Assembly (NCBI RefSeq): GCF_020745735.1
Contig: NC_083408.1
Location: forward strand, 91,170,484-91,234,483
From: Hemiscyllium ocellatum
Taxonomy: Eukaryota
Length of the DNA: 64,000 nucleotides
Direction of reading: 5' to 3'
In this document: in pieces, positions 1-13,496 of the stretch
Position numbering within the stretch: the first letter of the stretch is position 1
How the letters are laid out: each line of letters begins with the position of its first letter
Translations under genes and position numbers: made by a program
Notes under the pieces: model-generated
What the model was told of the DNA's origin: nothing
The model's input: the letters and a program-made list of their open reading frames with translations, nothing else
Databases searched by the model: none

Positions 1-124
1 CGTGTTTATAGAATCATTCATTCAGTTATCAACATTTTTAAAATCTCTCTGCCTGAAAGGTTTTAAGTTGAATTCTGCTTGATAGGCATATGCTCTGCAG
101 TCAGCTTATTCTAAATTCAACTGC

Positions 125-625
125 TTAGAGATATAGAGCTGTACAGCATGGAAACAAACACTTTGGTCCAATTCGTCCACGCCAACCATTTCCTGAATTA
201 ATCTAGTCCTATTTGCCAGCATTTGGCCCATAACTCTCTAAAGCCTTCCTATTCATGTGCCCATCCAGATCTCTTTTAAATGCTGCAATTATAACAGCCT
301 CCACCATCATCTCTGGCAGCTCATTCCATACACACACCACAAAAAAATTGTCCCTGAGCTCCATTTTATCTTTCCCCTCTCACCCGAAACATATGCCCTC
401 TAGTTTTGGCCTCCTCTACTCTGGGAAAAAGACTTGACTATTCACCCTATCAATGCCCCTCATGATGAATTTACAAACCTCCTGAAGATCAACCCTCAGC
501 CTCCAGTGCTTCAGTGAAAACAGCCCCAGCCTATTCAGCCTCTCCCTGTATCTCAAACCCTCCAAACTTGGCAACATCCTTGAAAAGGTTCAGAAAAGAT
601 TTACAAGTCTCACAACATATTTCCA
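125..625 (-). mobile_element. CR1/HER1-type LINE 3' fragment
   Basis: The reverse complement matches the CR1 3' coding end and tail seen in other copies in this window (e.g. 44280-44620, 56800-57085). Confidence 0.8.
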
Positions 626-1019
626 ACAGCAGGCACGCCAGAATTTGAAAACAAAAGATATCCTGGAATCAATTCTTCTGCTTTAATTAACTTTTATTGT
701 TCCTTTTTATAAACCCTTTTAAGTTTATTGTTTGGTTACATGATAAGTTCTTGACAGAAAATTACTTTTAATAAGAAATCATTTTCCAGGGAAATTTAGT
801 TCTGGAATAGACCATTAGACTAACATGCAAACAAGTCTGCACTCAATCACATTGGCCTTCACAGGAAACAAGCAAAGGAAGGAGAAACATTTCTTCTATC
901 GAGTCAAAGTTTGCTCTAAGAATTAGATTGATACAGCTGTAAACCAAATGAAGCAGAGTCCCAAGGTTGTAGAGATCAGCAACAGAGGGAAATCCAAACT
1001 GAGGTGTTCCCATACATTA

Positions 1020-1700
1020 AACAAAATACTGCAAGCACTGGAAATGTGAAATAAAAATAAAGTGCTGGAGAAAGTCAGACATGGAAGCAATTGCTGAGAG
1101 AGAAACACACAGAGATAATGTTGAATCCAACTGACTCATCTGCAGAACTGAAGAGGGCTGGACAAAGATAAACACTGAATGCTGTTGGAGCTTACCAACT
1201 CAAGCAGCATCCTTGGAAAGAGAAACAGAGCTACTATTTCAAATCAGGTATGACACTCCTTTTGAATTTCTCCAGCATTCTTGGCATCAGTTTCAGATTT
1301 CCAACATTCATAGAAGTCAGCCTTTTTAGGTCTAGAATATTAGTTTTTTTTATCCTGTTGAAAAAGCAGAGATGGAGCCAGTAGAACAGATGGTGAGGGT
1401 GCCCTGAGCAAAATACTAAAGGGAGTCCTGATGCTTGTAAAGGAGCAATTGAGATATAAAATAAGTGTGAATGATAGATTTGAACAGGAGAAAATGGGGT
1501 GGCACTGCTGATAGCAAAACGGTGAACAGTGTTCACAATCTAAAGTTGTTGTACTCAATGTTAAGTCCAGAAGGCTGTAAAATGCCGAAGCAGAAAATGA
1601 GGTGTATTGAGCATCACTAGAACACTTTAGTGGGCCTAGGATGGAAATGTTAGCACAGGAATAATGTGGTTTATTGAAATGTGCAACTGGAAGACATTCC
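1020..1700 (-). mobile_element. Degenerate Penelope-like element remnants (terminal repeat and GIY-YIG end)
   Basis: Contains TGCTGGAGAAA(C)TCAG-type terminal motifs. The minus-strand end resembles 'HLIFCFGILQPSGLNIEYNNF', similar to the PLE C-terminus elsewhere in the window. Confidence 0.5.
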
Positions 1701-2078
1701 CACTTATGAGCAATACCTATTGGCCTTTGTTGAAAGAAAGCAGGATTGGTTTAATAGCCTGCTCATGCTCACGGGTTCAGTCATATCTCCCATTACAGTA
1801 TATGTTGTTATAACTATGTTTGAATTGACACATTGAGAAGCAAATGGAGTTGCAAAACAAAACCAAGAAACAGCAATGCTGGGGATGCAAGTGTATTTTA
1901 AAATTACAGGAGTTCCTACAGTTCCAAACACAACAATCCATACTTTTTATATAGAACTTCCAGTGGTGACTTATCAATGCCTCAAACCTTTTGACCCCTA
2001 ACTAAAAAGTAATAAAATGCAACAAGTTGTTTCCCATTTGTTTCTAATTTGTTTCCCATGAACAACCTTCAATTACAA

Positions 2079-2241
2079 ACCAAAAGAGAAAATGCTAGAA
2101 AAATGCTAGCTTTGACAAAGGGTCAGTGAGACTCAAAACATCAGCTCTTTTCTCTCCTTACAGATGCTGCCAGACCTGCTGAGATTTTCCAGCATTTTCT
2201 CTTTTGATTTCAGATTCCAGCATCCACAGTAATTTGCTTTT
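2079..2241. mobile_element. PLE-derived mini-insertion with short 5' inversion and decayed hammerhead
   Basis: 15-bp TSD AACCTTCAATTACAA at 2064-2078 and 2242-2256. The first ~24 nt are the inverted copy of 2176-2207. Confidence 0.75.
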
Positions 2242-3099
2242 AACCTTCAATTACAACCTACTTTTGCAGTTTTATCACTTCCAAATATTGTGAAGGTCCC
2301 TATATAAAAGTAGTGATTACCCGGAGGATTTTATACAACCTTTTTGGCCTTTCTCTTAAAAGTTCCATAAGACTTACTACAAAATTAGGTACAACTGAGC
2401 TAGTAAGTTCAACCAAAAAGCCATTTAAGACATTTATATGTAACGTACATTAAACAACCTCTATTCCACATTTATAACATTGTATAGCACAGTGTCAACT
2501 GATGTACAAATCTACATACAAGTGAATTAGTGTGCAGCACAACATCTCAGAACTTTACAATACCCTAAATACTGTCTATTTTAAATGATAATACACAGCC
2601 AACAAAATCTGCACAATCCGAGGCAATTCCCGTCTTTGTTTTAATTTAATATGTGGGACTTTGTTCTACAGATTATTTATTTTCAGCATTTTGAACATTG
2701 AGTTTGGGATAAAAGGTTTTGGACAATCAAAATGATGTCAAACCTCATTCAATCTACTATAATAGCAAAGGGCAACTTCAGGATTCTACTAAACACGGGA
2801 CAAAATTTTTCACCCCACACACCTAGCTCGAAGGCAAATAACATGAGATATGGTTGATATCACCTCGTGGATGCTACATTCATATTTGGGTTATGTCAAT
2901 CCCTGATTCACATGTTACACAAAAGCAAATACATTTAGCCTGTTGCCAGAGTGAAAAATACTTCCACTCCAATTCATTAGATAATGGACAACAATAATCT
3001 GCAATCATATAGCACATTTAAATGTCATAACACCCCCAAACATTATAAAACACAATAGAAAGCCAAGCCACAGGCATTTAGCACTGTTAGCCAAAGCCT

Positions 3100-3400
3100 C
3101 ACTTAAATCCACACACTTAAGGGCTGCCCCAATGGAAGAAATTGAGGAAAGGTTTATGAAGGCGAATTCCAGAGCTGGAGGCCATGTCAGATGAAGGCAC
3201 AAGCTGTTGAGCAATGAGTATCAGGGATGCACAAGAAACAAAAGTAGAGTATAGAGATTTGAACAATTGCAAGGCTATAAGCCCTTGTAGAGATATTGGG
3301 GATGGCGAGAGAGGGGTGGGGGATGTTTGCAAGGTCATGGAGGGATTTGAAAGCAAAAAAAAAGAGAATTTTTAAAATGGTGGCATCATGAAACCAGGGG
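3100..3400 (-). mobile_element. Old L2-like LINE fragment
   Basis: Purine-rich pattern (GAATTCCAGAGC...GGAGGGATTTGAAA...GAGAATTTTAAAAT) recalled from L2 ORF2 antisense; similar to 61500-61950. Confidence 0.4.
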
Positions 3401-4254
3401 CAAAAAAAGTTATCCAAAATTGATTATCCTTTTACACTAACCCATCCAAATTCACTAAATCTTGGTTTTTTTTCCCCTGAAAGACTTTCAAGTGAGATTC
3501 CAAACTGATGATTCAGTGGAATTTTTATTCCCCATTGGCTCAAAAACACTTATATCCAGCAACATCCAATCCATAGTTTGACAAGCTTCAAACAATGCAT
3601 TTCACAAAAACGTCTAGCCTTGCTCATTTAATGGATCAATTGCAAACCTCCACTACTAATGGATTACTAGCTGTCCAGAGTAAATCCTGGCAGATTTAAC
3701 TGCTGACATGAACATTCATTAAACATTTTCTTGAGGTTAAAGGGCCCCCTGCTGAAAAATTTCCCAGGCCCTGGTAAGCTCTTGTTCAAAATGTTAAAGT
3801 AGATTAGCTTGGTCTCCATCATAAGAAATTTTGTTCATATTTCACAACCTGCTCAAATGTAAGCTACAGTGGGCCTAATTATTATTTGCAATGGGTTTTT
3901 AAAAAAAAAGAATGGCAATAACAAAACATTCTTTACAGCACCCAGGGCTTAGTTCAGTGATTTCCACCATAACTGAGGTAGGAGACTACCCAAATGACAA
4001 TGTTTCAGGTGGGTTCTATGGATTGAACCATCACCACGTGCCCCCCTACCCCGCCAAATACAACTCCAATTCTAAAACAAAACATCATTAGTATTCATTT
4101 AAGTGACACTCTATTGAAAAGTACCCAACTACACTAGCACTGCCTTTCAAAACTATCTGGGAGAAAAATTACATTATACCTCCAGGTTTAAAACTTGGCC
4201 CATCACACTGGAAGCAAAGAAAACAACAGCTACACATCATCATGTTCAACCTAA

Positions 4255-5770
4255 CACTGCAAGAGGTTAGAGAAAGAATTGGGGGACCCTGGCTTGATAT
4301 TTTTCCATCATCATTAGCTATGAGGCGGTCCTGGAAGACTGGAGGGTAGTGAATGTTGCGCCATTATTCAAGAAGGACTGCAAAGATAAACCTGGGAACT
4401 ATAGATCAGTAGGCCTAACATCTGTGGTAGGTAAGTTACTCGAGAAGATTCTGAGAGAGAAGATATACATGCATTTGGAAAGTTAGGATTTGATTAGAGA
4501 TAGTCAGCATGGCTTTGTGCATGGGAGATCATGCCTCACAAATTTGTTAGAGCTCTTTGATGAAATGACCAGGAAGGTTGACGAGGGCAGGGTGGTAGTA
4601 ATAGTTTATATGGATTTCAGAAAGGCCTTTGAGATGGTTCCATATGGTAGGCTGCTACGAAGGTTAGATCATATGGAATCCAAGGAGAGGTGGCAAACTG
4701 GATACACAATTGGCTTGATGATAGGAAGCAGAGGGTAATAGTGGAAGGATGCTTGTTGGACTAGAGGCCTGTGACTACTGGAGTGCCTCAGGATCAGTGC
4801 TGGGCCCATTGCTGTTTGTTATCTATACCAATGACTTGGATAAGAATGTACAAGGCACGATTAATAACTTTGCAGACGACACTAAAATAGGAAGTACCGT
4901 GGACAGTGAGACAAATTATCAATAATTGCAGGACTTTGGCCAATTGGAGAAAGGGGCCAAGAAATTACAAATGGAGTTTAATATAGATAAGTGTGAGGTC
5001 TTGCATGTTGGAAAGTCAAATCAAGGTAGGAGTTTCATGGTGAACGGTAGGACCTTAAAGACGGACCTTGGAATTCAGGTGTATAATTCTCGGAAATTGG
5101 AGTCAGAGGTAGACAGGGCAGTGAAGGAGGCTTTTGGCACACTGGCCTTCATCAGTTCGGGCACTGAATGTACATGTTGGGAGGTTATGTTGCAGTTGTA
5201 CAGGACGTTGGGGAGGCCACACTTGAGTATTGTGTTCAGTTTTGGTCATCTTGCTTCAGGAAGGATGTTATTAAACTAGAAGTAATGCAGAAGAAATTTA
5301 CAAGGATGTTGCCAGGACTCAAGGGTCTGAGTTATCTGGACAAGCTAGGACATTTCCTTTTTAATTTAGGAGACTGAGGGGGGGATCTTATTGAAGTGTA
5401 TAAGATCATGAGAGGCATGCATAGGGTAAATGCACTTAGTCTTTTTCCCAGGGTTGGAAAATCAAGGACTAGAAGGCATCAGTTTTAAGGTTAGAGGGGG
5501 AAAGAAAATAAAAAGGAAACCTGAGGAGCAACTTTTGTTTTAAACACAGAGGGTGGTACACATACAGAATGAGCTGCCAGCAGACACAGTTGAGGCAGGG
5601 ACATTAATAACATTGAAAAGGCATTTGAACAAATACATGGATAGGAATGGCTTAGAAGGATATGGGCCAAGTGCAGGGAAGCAGGGTTAGTGAGGATGAA
5701 CATTTTGGTCGGCATGGACCAGTTTGGGCCAAAGGGCTTCCCTCCATGCTGTAGGACTCGATGAGTCTTT
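4255..5770 (+). mobile_element. 5'-truncated CR1 LINE (RT domain and 3' tail), frameshifted
   Basis: Translations IRDSQHGFVHGRSCLTNLLE, VYMDFRKAF, GVPQG, FADDTK, MEFNIDKCEVLH, LEYCVQFWS. Confidence 0.92.
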
Positions 5771-6051
5771 TAAAAAAAACTCTGACTTGACAGACTAGCT
5801 TCTACTTTGAAGCACACAATTTAATGAATTGCAAAGATGAGAACACTTTCTGGGATTGAAAATGCTTCCAGCGAAGCGCCTTGGGGACTTTTTTTCTGAT
5901 TTCATGGATTCTCAGGAGCCTACGCAAAGTTAGGATCGAATACTGGCTCCATAAATGGACAAAGATTTCCAACATCTGACTAAGCATTATATTACAGATC
6001 TGCTCCAGAGGTCACGTGCTGATCCCATCTAGTTCCTGTGCTTTAATGCAA

Positions 6052-8215
6052 TGATAGAACGTAACAGCGTGGCACAAGCCCTTTGGCCCTCGATGTTGTG
6101 CTGATCTGTGAAATCCATTTGAAGCCCATCTAACCTACACTCATCAGACATTCTCATCCGTATGTCTGTCCAATGACCATTTAAAAGCCCTTAAAGTTGG
6201 TGAGTCTACTACTGCTGTAGGTAGGGTGTTCCACACCCTCACTACTCTGAGTAAAGAAACTATCACCCCTCAATTTAAAGCAATGCCCCCTTGTGTTAGC
6301 TATCACTATCTGATGAAAAAGGCTTTCACTGTTCATCCTATCTAATCTTGTGATTATCTTAAATGTCTCAATTAAGTCACTTCTTAACCTTCTTCTTTCT
6401 GATTAAATCAGCCTCAAGTCCCTCAGCCTTTCCTCAGAAGACCTCCCTTCTATACTGAGCAACATCATAGTAAATCTCCGCTAAATCCTTTGTAAAGCTT
6501 CCACTTCCTTCCTATCATGTGGTGACCAGAATTGTACACTATACTCTAAGTGCGGCCAAACCAGAGTTTTGTACAGCTGCAACATGACCTCGTGATTCCA
6601 AAACTCAATCCTCCACCAATAAAAGCCAACACACCATATGCCTTCTTAACAATCTTATCAACCTGGTTGGCAACATTGAGGGATCTATGTACGTAGACAG
6701 CGATCTCTCTGCGAACTACCAAGAATCTTACCATGAGCCCAGTAATCTGCATTCCTTTTGCTTCTTTCAGAGTGAATCACCTCATAATCTTCCACATTAA
6801 ACACTATTTGCTACCTCTCAACCCAGGGCTCTGCAGCTTACCTATGTCCCTCTGTAACCTGCAACATCTTTCGGCACTACCACAACTCCACCGACCGGAG
6901 TGTCATCCACAATTTTACTAACCCATCCTTCTATGCCCTCATTCAGGTCATTCATAAAAATGAAAAACAGCAGTGGACCGAAAACAGATCCTTGCGGTAT
7001 ACACCAATAACTGAACTCGAGGATGAACATTTTCCATCAATCACCACCCTCTGTCCTCTTTCAGCTAGCCAACTTCTGATCCAAACTGCTAAATCACCCT
7101 CAATCCCATACCTCCATACTTTCTGCAATAGCCTACCACAGGGAACCTTATCAAAACTCCTGACTGAAATCTATATACATCACATCAACCGCTTTACCCT
7201 CATCCACCTGTTGGGTCACCTTCTCAAAAGAACTCAATAAGGTTTGTGAGACACAACCTACCCTTCACAAAATGGTGTTGACTATCCTTAGTCAACTTAT
7301 TCCTTTCTAGATGATTATAAATCCTATCTCTTTCCAGCACTTTACCCACAACTGAAGTACGGCTCAGATCTATAATTATCAGGGTTGTCTCTACTCCCCT
7401 TCTTGAACAAAGGGACAAGATTTCCTATTCTCCAGTCTTCTGGCACTATTCCTGTGTACAATGACAACATAAAGGTCAAAGCCAAAGGCTCTGCAATTTC
7501 CTCCCTGGCTTACCGGACAATACTAGGATAAATCCCATCCAGCCCAGGGGATTTATCTATTTTCACACTTTCCAGAATTGCTAACACCTCTTCCTTGTGA
7601 ACCTCAATCCCGGCTAGTCTAGCAGCTTATATCTCAGTATTCTCCTTGACAACATTGTCTTTCTCCCAGTGTGAATACTGAGGAAACATATACATGTAGT
7701 GCTTCACCTATCACGACTTATTCCGTGCACGACTTCTCACTACTATCCTTGATTGGCCCTAATCTTACTCTAGTCATTCTTTTATTCCTGATATACCAGT
7801 AGAAAGCTTTAGGGTTTTCCTCGATTGTACCTGCCAACAACTTCTCATGACCCCTCCTGGCTCTTCTTAGCTCTCACTTTGGGTCTTAACTGGCTAACTT
7901 GTATCTTTCAAGCACCCTAACATAGCCTTCACTTCTGATCCTTACATAAGCCTTCTTCTTCCTTTTGACAAGAGATTCAACTTCTTTAGTAAGCCACGGC
8001 TCCCACGCTTGACCAGTTACTCCTTGCCTGACAGGTACATATTGATCAAGAATACGCAGTAGTTGTTCCTTGAATAAGCTCCACATTTCATTTGTGCCCA
8101 TCCCTGTATTTCCTCCCCATCCTGTGCATCGTAAAACTTGCTGAATTGCATCATAATTGGTTTTCCCCCAGCTATAACTCTTGCTCTGCAGTATATACCT
8201 ATCCCTTTTCATATA
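6052..8215 (-). mobile_element. 5'-truncated CR1 LINE, decayed
   Basis: Minus-strand KDSQHHFVKGRLCLTNLIEFF, IPQGSVFGPLLF, WVSKIVDDT, and linker EPWLTKEVESLVKRKK. Confidence 0.9.
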
Positions 8216-8219
8216 ACAG

Positions 8220-11130
8220 CACTCCAGTTAAGTGGGACTATGGGACTAAGAAAGAGATTCTGTTGAGGGAGTAGGAGCAGCTTGGCATTATGTTAGAAAA
8301 CAGAAGCACTAAAAGGTAACAATCCCATACAATAGACAGCTGAATATAGTCTGTTTTCTGATATTACGCGATAGCTCCATTTCCGTACAAACCCACGTTT
8401 TAAGAAAATCATGCAATAGCAGCACCATTTAAACCAATGGAACTGAAATCAAGATGTAGCCAATACAGGTAAGGAAAGTTCACATTCTACAAATAACAGT
8501 CTAAATTCTTCAATCGCATTATAGCCAATTTGCATTGAAGAAACACGTTATTGCAGAACCAACTGTAGTGGCTCAGAGATCAGTGCAAGGGAATGAGTTT
8601 TGACTCACAGGGCACTAGCACCAAAGAAGTATTCATTCATGGGATGTGGGATCAATTTGGGCAGAGGTAAGAAAAAACAAAGTCAGAGGTAGGAATAGTC
8701 CCCCTGAGCTACTCTGTAGTACAAAGTATGAATCAAGAAATAACAGGAGCTTGCAAGAAAGGCATTGCAGTATTCAGACATTAAAAATCTTCATACAGAT
8801 TGGATGAATCATATTGCAAGTAGTATGCAGGATGAGTTCATGAAATATTTTGAGGACAATTCTATTTAGAACTAACCAGCGAACAGGTTATTGTCAACTC
8901 AGTAATATCTAATAAGAAAGTATTGGTTAGTTACCTCACCCTAAAGGATCTTCCACCCAAGACTGATCATGACATGCTGAATTTTGCATTCAGTTTGCTA
9001 GTGAGAAATATGGATCCATGACTGGTGTCTTAAATGTAAAGTAAAGAAATCAAGACAAAGTTGTCCAAAATGGATTGAAAAAAAATGGATTAGCACAATA
9101 GAAAAGCAGAGCAAGTATTGAAGGATATATTTCCTGTCTCTTCTTACTGCATAAGGAAGTTGCTATCAGAAGGATAGAACATTGCATTGAAGGTATGCAA
9201 AGATGATATCAAGTTGAAAGAAAGGTTAGTAGATCTCAATATTGGGAGGAGTTTAGAGACTTTAAAAGGATAATTTAAAAAGGTGGAGAAATTGCAATAA
9301 AATGAATACTAGCAAGAAATATAAAGAAGCAGACAGTAAAAGCAATACAAAAATAAAGTGTGTATTTGTTCCTTAAATGGTGACAAAGTGGAATTAAAAA
9401 GGGAATGGCAGAGGTTTGAACAAATATTTTGTATGTGTCTTCACAACAGAAGGTAGAAACTTACACTCCTACTTACTGACTACAGCTGGATATTCCAAAA
9501 CCATAATTCCAAACAAACTCTCAACCCCCAAGACCTAGATTTCAGTTTCCTTCTCTGTAACTGAATCATGGACTTCCTGACCCATTGACTGCAACCAGTA
9601 AGAATAGGGAACAAACCTCCTCCATCACAATGCTCGACACCAGTGCCCTACAAGACTATAGGGCTCAGACCCCTACTATATTCCTTATACACTCACAACA
9701 GATTCAAGAACAGCATCTTCCCCATGGTTATCAGACTTTTGAATGAACATCTCGTATTAATTTTGATCTCTCTCTCTCTGCACCTTCTCAGTGGCTGTAA
9801 CACTGTACTCGGTTCTGCAACCCCGATCCACTTTGTGTGTAGATCTGTCTGTATAGCATGCATAACAACACTTTTCACTGGATTACAGTACATGTGACAA
9901 TCAAAATTCAAACTCAGAAGATACAGAAAGCGTCCCAAGAAGAGTAATATTGCAATGGCCACTAGGGAGGGAGAAAGTTAGAACATTCACAATCACTGGA
10001 GAAAATGTACTAGGAAATCTAATGAGACTCAAGGCTGACATGTGTTTGGAACCTGATGGCCTCCATCCTACACCCTTAAAAGGGAAATGTCAGCCAAGAT
10101 TGTGAACTCATTGGTTGGAATTTCCCAAAATTCCCAAGGTTCTTAAAGTCTTCCAGCAGAAAGAAAAGCCATCAATATAATATAATTCATCAGAAAGGAA
10201 ACTTTCTGACCTCTTTTACTGTTGTCACTGGGGGAAGTGAAGAAATCCATTAATTTGGAAGTAGTAGCCAGACACTTAGGAAATCAGAAGCAAACCAGGC
10301 AGAGTCAATAAGGTGTTTTTGTAAATGAAACTTCATTGGATAAATTCATTAATTTATTGCAACAAGCAGATGGATTTGGATTAATCTCAGGCATTGGATA
10401 CAATTCCATATAAAAGATTACAGCATAACAATAAGTATACATGGCAGTGATATATAAGCATGGATACATGAATGGTCAACTAGCAAGGAGAGATGGGCAG
10501 GAAAGGCAATTTTCAGGTCGGCAAACTTTAAGTAACAGGATGTCACAGATCTCAGTGCTGGAGCTTCAATGTTGTATCTATACGAATGACTTTGATTAAG
10601 TAATAAATTAAACCATAGCCAGAGTTGCTAATCAGACAAAGGTAGATAGGAAAGCAAGCAATGAGGCGGAAACAAAATATCTGTGAAGGAATGTAAATAG
10701 GTTAAGTGAGCAAAGGTTTGTCAAATGGAGAAAAATGTGGGAACTGTGTGATGATCCACTTTAACATGAATAGTAAAAAAAACAGTATTGTAGCATAATG
10801 TAATACAGAAGGATCTGGGTGTCCTTGTACATCAATCATAGTTGAAACATAGAATTTAGGAAGGCAAGTAGAATGGTGTCCTTTACGGCTTTATTAATTT
10901 AATCCTTTAAGGGGATTGATTATAAAAGTGGGCAAGTCTTGCCCTAGCTCAATAGGGCATTGATGAGACTATGCCCGAAGTATGGTGTACAGTTTTGGTC
11001 TCCTTAATTAAGGAGAGACATTCTGGCACTGGAAGCAGTTCAGAGAAGGTTCAGTATGATTTTGGGGTAAAAGGTTGAGCGGTTTGGGCCTGTACTTATT
11101 GGAGGCTAGAGGAATGAGAGGTGATACAAT
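8220..11130 (+). mobile_element. Ancient, heavily decayed CR1-clade LINE (interrupted at ~9475-9910)
   Basis: Residual CR1 motifs in order: GACCTGATGGCCTCCATCC (PGPDG-like), RQSQ.G, SVLG, YGVQFWSP, EAVQRRF. Confidence 0.65.
9475..9910 (+). mobile_element. Internally deleted Rex1/Babar-like LINE
   Basis: LCN.IMDFLT, PVRIG, TSALQ..LRPLLYSLYTH joined directly to the C-terminal NRFKNSIFPMVIRLLN and a 3' UTR. Confidence 0.7.
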
Positions 11131-12149
11131 TCTGATTATCACTATATTTCCACTCAATCATTTGGAGATCGTTAACAGGAACTAGATTAGGCCATAAGTC
11201 CATCAAACTGCTCAGCTATCCAATAAGGCAGATCTGTTGGGACCATAACTGCCCTTTCCTTCTAGGTTCTGAAACTCTGGTCCCACCTGTTGATTAAAAA
11301 CTGTGGGCTCAGCTTTGAATATAATCAATGTCTCCGCCTTCGCTGCTTTTGGAGGAAGAGGATACCAAGGATTAATGACTCAGGGAAGTTGTGTGTCATA
11401 AATGGGAGATCCTTCATTTTTAAATGTATTGACTGGCTCTAATTTCTCCTTCAAAAAGAGAAATCTCTTGCCAGCGCTTAGTCTCTAAAGTCCCTTCAGC
11501 CCTCACTTCCCCATGCAATAAACGGCAGCATTCTATTGGTAACCACAACAGGTTAAATAGGGGAGATCACTTTGCAGCAGTATATCCCTTCAACAGTGTA
11601 GCCAGCAAAACAGCAACATAAACTTCATAAACAATCACTTCAGAGTTCATCTCCAAGACAGCTGAAGTACATACTTGAACCAACATGGAGATCCCTGCTG
11701 CAGCATCCTCAAGCTCCCTGCCAGTAGCAACTTTAACACAGTCTAGAAAAGATCACTTGACTATCGTGTCTGCTGTAAGCGATTCCAAGGAAACAGTTCA
11801 CAGCTCCACAACTCCTACAGCCCGAGATCCAGAACCACGTTCTTCATTCTAAACTTTCACTAAAAAAAACACCCTTCCTCTTTCAGTACAGTGCATTTGC
11901 AATGCTTTGCAAACGACCAGAAAGGCTGGTGTTGGGGGTTTGAATATGACACAAACTATTCTACCAATGAAAGTTACCTTTGGATTTAAATTTTGAAGGA
12001 AGTATCTCATTGTTTTATATAATGAGGGGAAATTAACACCGACTAACCCTCCCTCCCTTTAACCCGCTAAAGTGAGAGTGATGGTGACTGTGCAATAGCA
12101 GCAGATCACTGGTTATTTCTGGCTTTCTCTCTCTCTCTCGCTCCCTCCC

Positions 12150-13100
12150 TCTGCCTCCTTGAAGCTAGTGGCCGTGAAGCGGATTGCACATGGGCTGCTG
12201 CCTACATGATCAGCGTTATTTCCTGCTGCCTCTCCTCTCAGACGCAATCGATTCATTTCTCAAACCATGGATGGGAGGGGCGGGGGGTGTTCTCGGCTTT
12301 ACCTGCAAAGGTCCGCGAAGGCCTGGAAATTCAGCTTCTTGATCTTCTTCTCGCTCAGCCAGTATCCGACCCTCTTGCCTTTCAGCCAAGTCTGCATCTT
12401 GAAAATGGAACAAGTGCGGAAGTGAAATCTACACCGTGTGCCTCCCGTAGGTTAACAAACCTGAAAAAAAAATCAATGGTGTACCTTTTACACCAGAGGG
12501 GCAGCGTTGCATACATACAATATTTTGCATTTACATTTTTTTTTCATGCACAGGAACCCAATACAGGAGAGACTACAACAGAAGAAAAATAATTTGACAG
12601 AGAGGAGAAAAAAAAACAAAACACACGGGGGTGGGGGGAAATGCAAAGAGACCTCTATCAATGGTGAGTGCCCGGTTCATCACAAATCCCTCTGCCCTGG
12701 TATTCGCGCCTGGGCTTTCTGATCAGACGCCGCTGCTCCGAGGTCTCCCTCAATCAATAATAGTCTCTCAAATACACAGAGTGCGGCTTCCAAGCCCAGC
12801 CCCTGACTTTCAGCACAAACTGGCCGCATACACACACACACAGTGACGGGGGGGAGGAACAAGGCAGAACAGAGACCGACAGCGGGCGGCCGCCTGCAGC
12901 CCGATTTCCCCTCCTCCTCCAAAGCCTAGTCTCTCGGCTCATTGAAATCCCTCAGACCCCGGCTCGCATTCTAAATAAATAGAGGCAGCTGCGCATCGGG
13001 ACAACAGGGGACGCTCCCGAGCCGCCTGCCAACATGGTCATCCTTCTCCCACTCCCCCTCAACGCTGCCCCTTAAAGCTGTCCTGCCCTTCCCCAAACAG
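12150..13100 (-). promoter_or_regulatory. ITPK1: CpG island / ITPK1 promoter and probable non-coding exon 1 (~12840-12950)
   Basis: High CpG/GC density and GC boxes immediately upstream of the ITPK1 coding exon. Exon 1 boundaries are not resolved. Confidence 0.7.
12303..12397 (-). CDS. ITPK1: Inositol-tetrakisphosphate 1-kinase, first coding exon (95 nt); remainder lies left of the window
   Basis: Minus strand reads MQTWLKGKRVGYWLSEKKIKKLNFQAFADLC(R), matching the vertebrate ITPK1 N-terminus. Donor AG|GTAAAG at 12302; acceptor TTTTTTTTTCAG places the exon start at 12460. Not in the supplied ORF track. Confidence 0.96.
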
Positions 13101-13347
13101 GAAAACACTTCAAAGCCACCATTAACCTATTCTACTGCAGTTTTTTTTTTAAAAAAACACGTTTCTACAGTGCTGGTTTTGAAAGTATCGTCTGTTAAAT
13201 TGCACGTCAAATATGTCTGCTTTAGGTTGTGCAATCTAAATTCACTACATACTTGGGACTAGATTAATTTAGGATATCTGGTCGGCATGAACGAGTTGAA
13301 CCGAAGGGTCTATTTCCGCGTTGTACGTTTCTATGACTCGATTACTT

Positions 13348-13496
13348 CAGGTTATAGTCCAACAGGTTTATTTGAAATTGAAGGAGCGGAGCTCCAAAAT
13401 CTTGCAGTTTCAAATAAACCTGTTGCATTATAACCTTGTGTAGTTTGATTTTTGACCTTGTCCACCCCAGTCCAACTCCGGCATCGCCATATCATG
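13348..13496. mobile_element. Fold-back mini-element of a further PLE-associated family with a hammerhead remnant
   Basis: CAGGTTATAGTCCAACAGGTTTATTTGAAA is the inverted copy of TTTCAAATAAACCTGTTGCATTATAACC. Between them lies TGAAGGAGCGGAGCTCCAAAA (GGAGC/GCTCC stem II). Confidence 0.6.

Noticed and set aside
1-12300. Next ITPK1 coding exon (short, KRG.EVVQ)
   Set aside because: No matching sequence with splice sites was found by eye; it probably lies left of the window.
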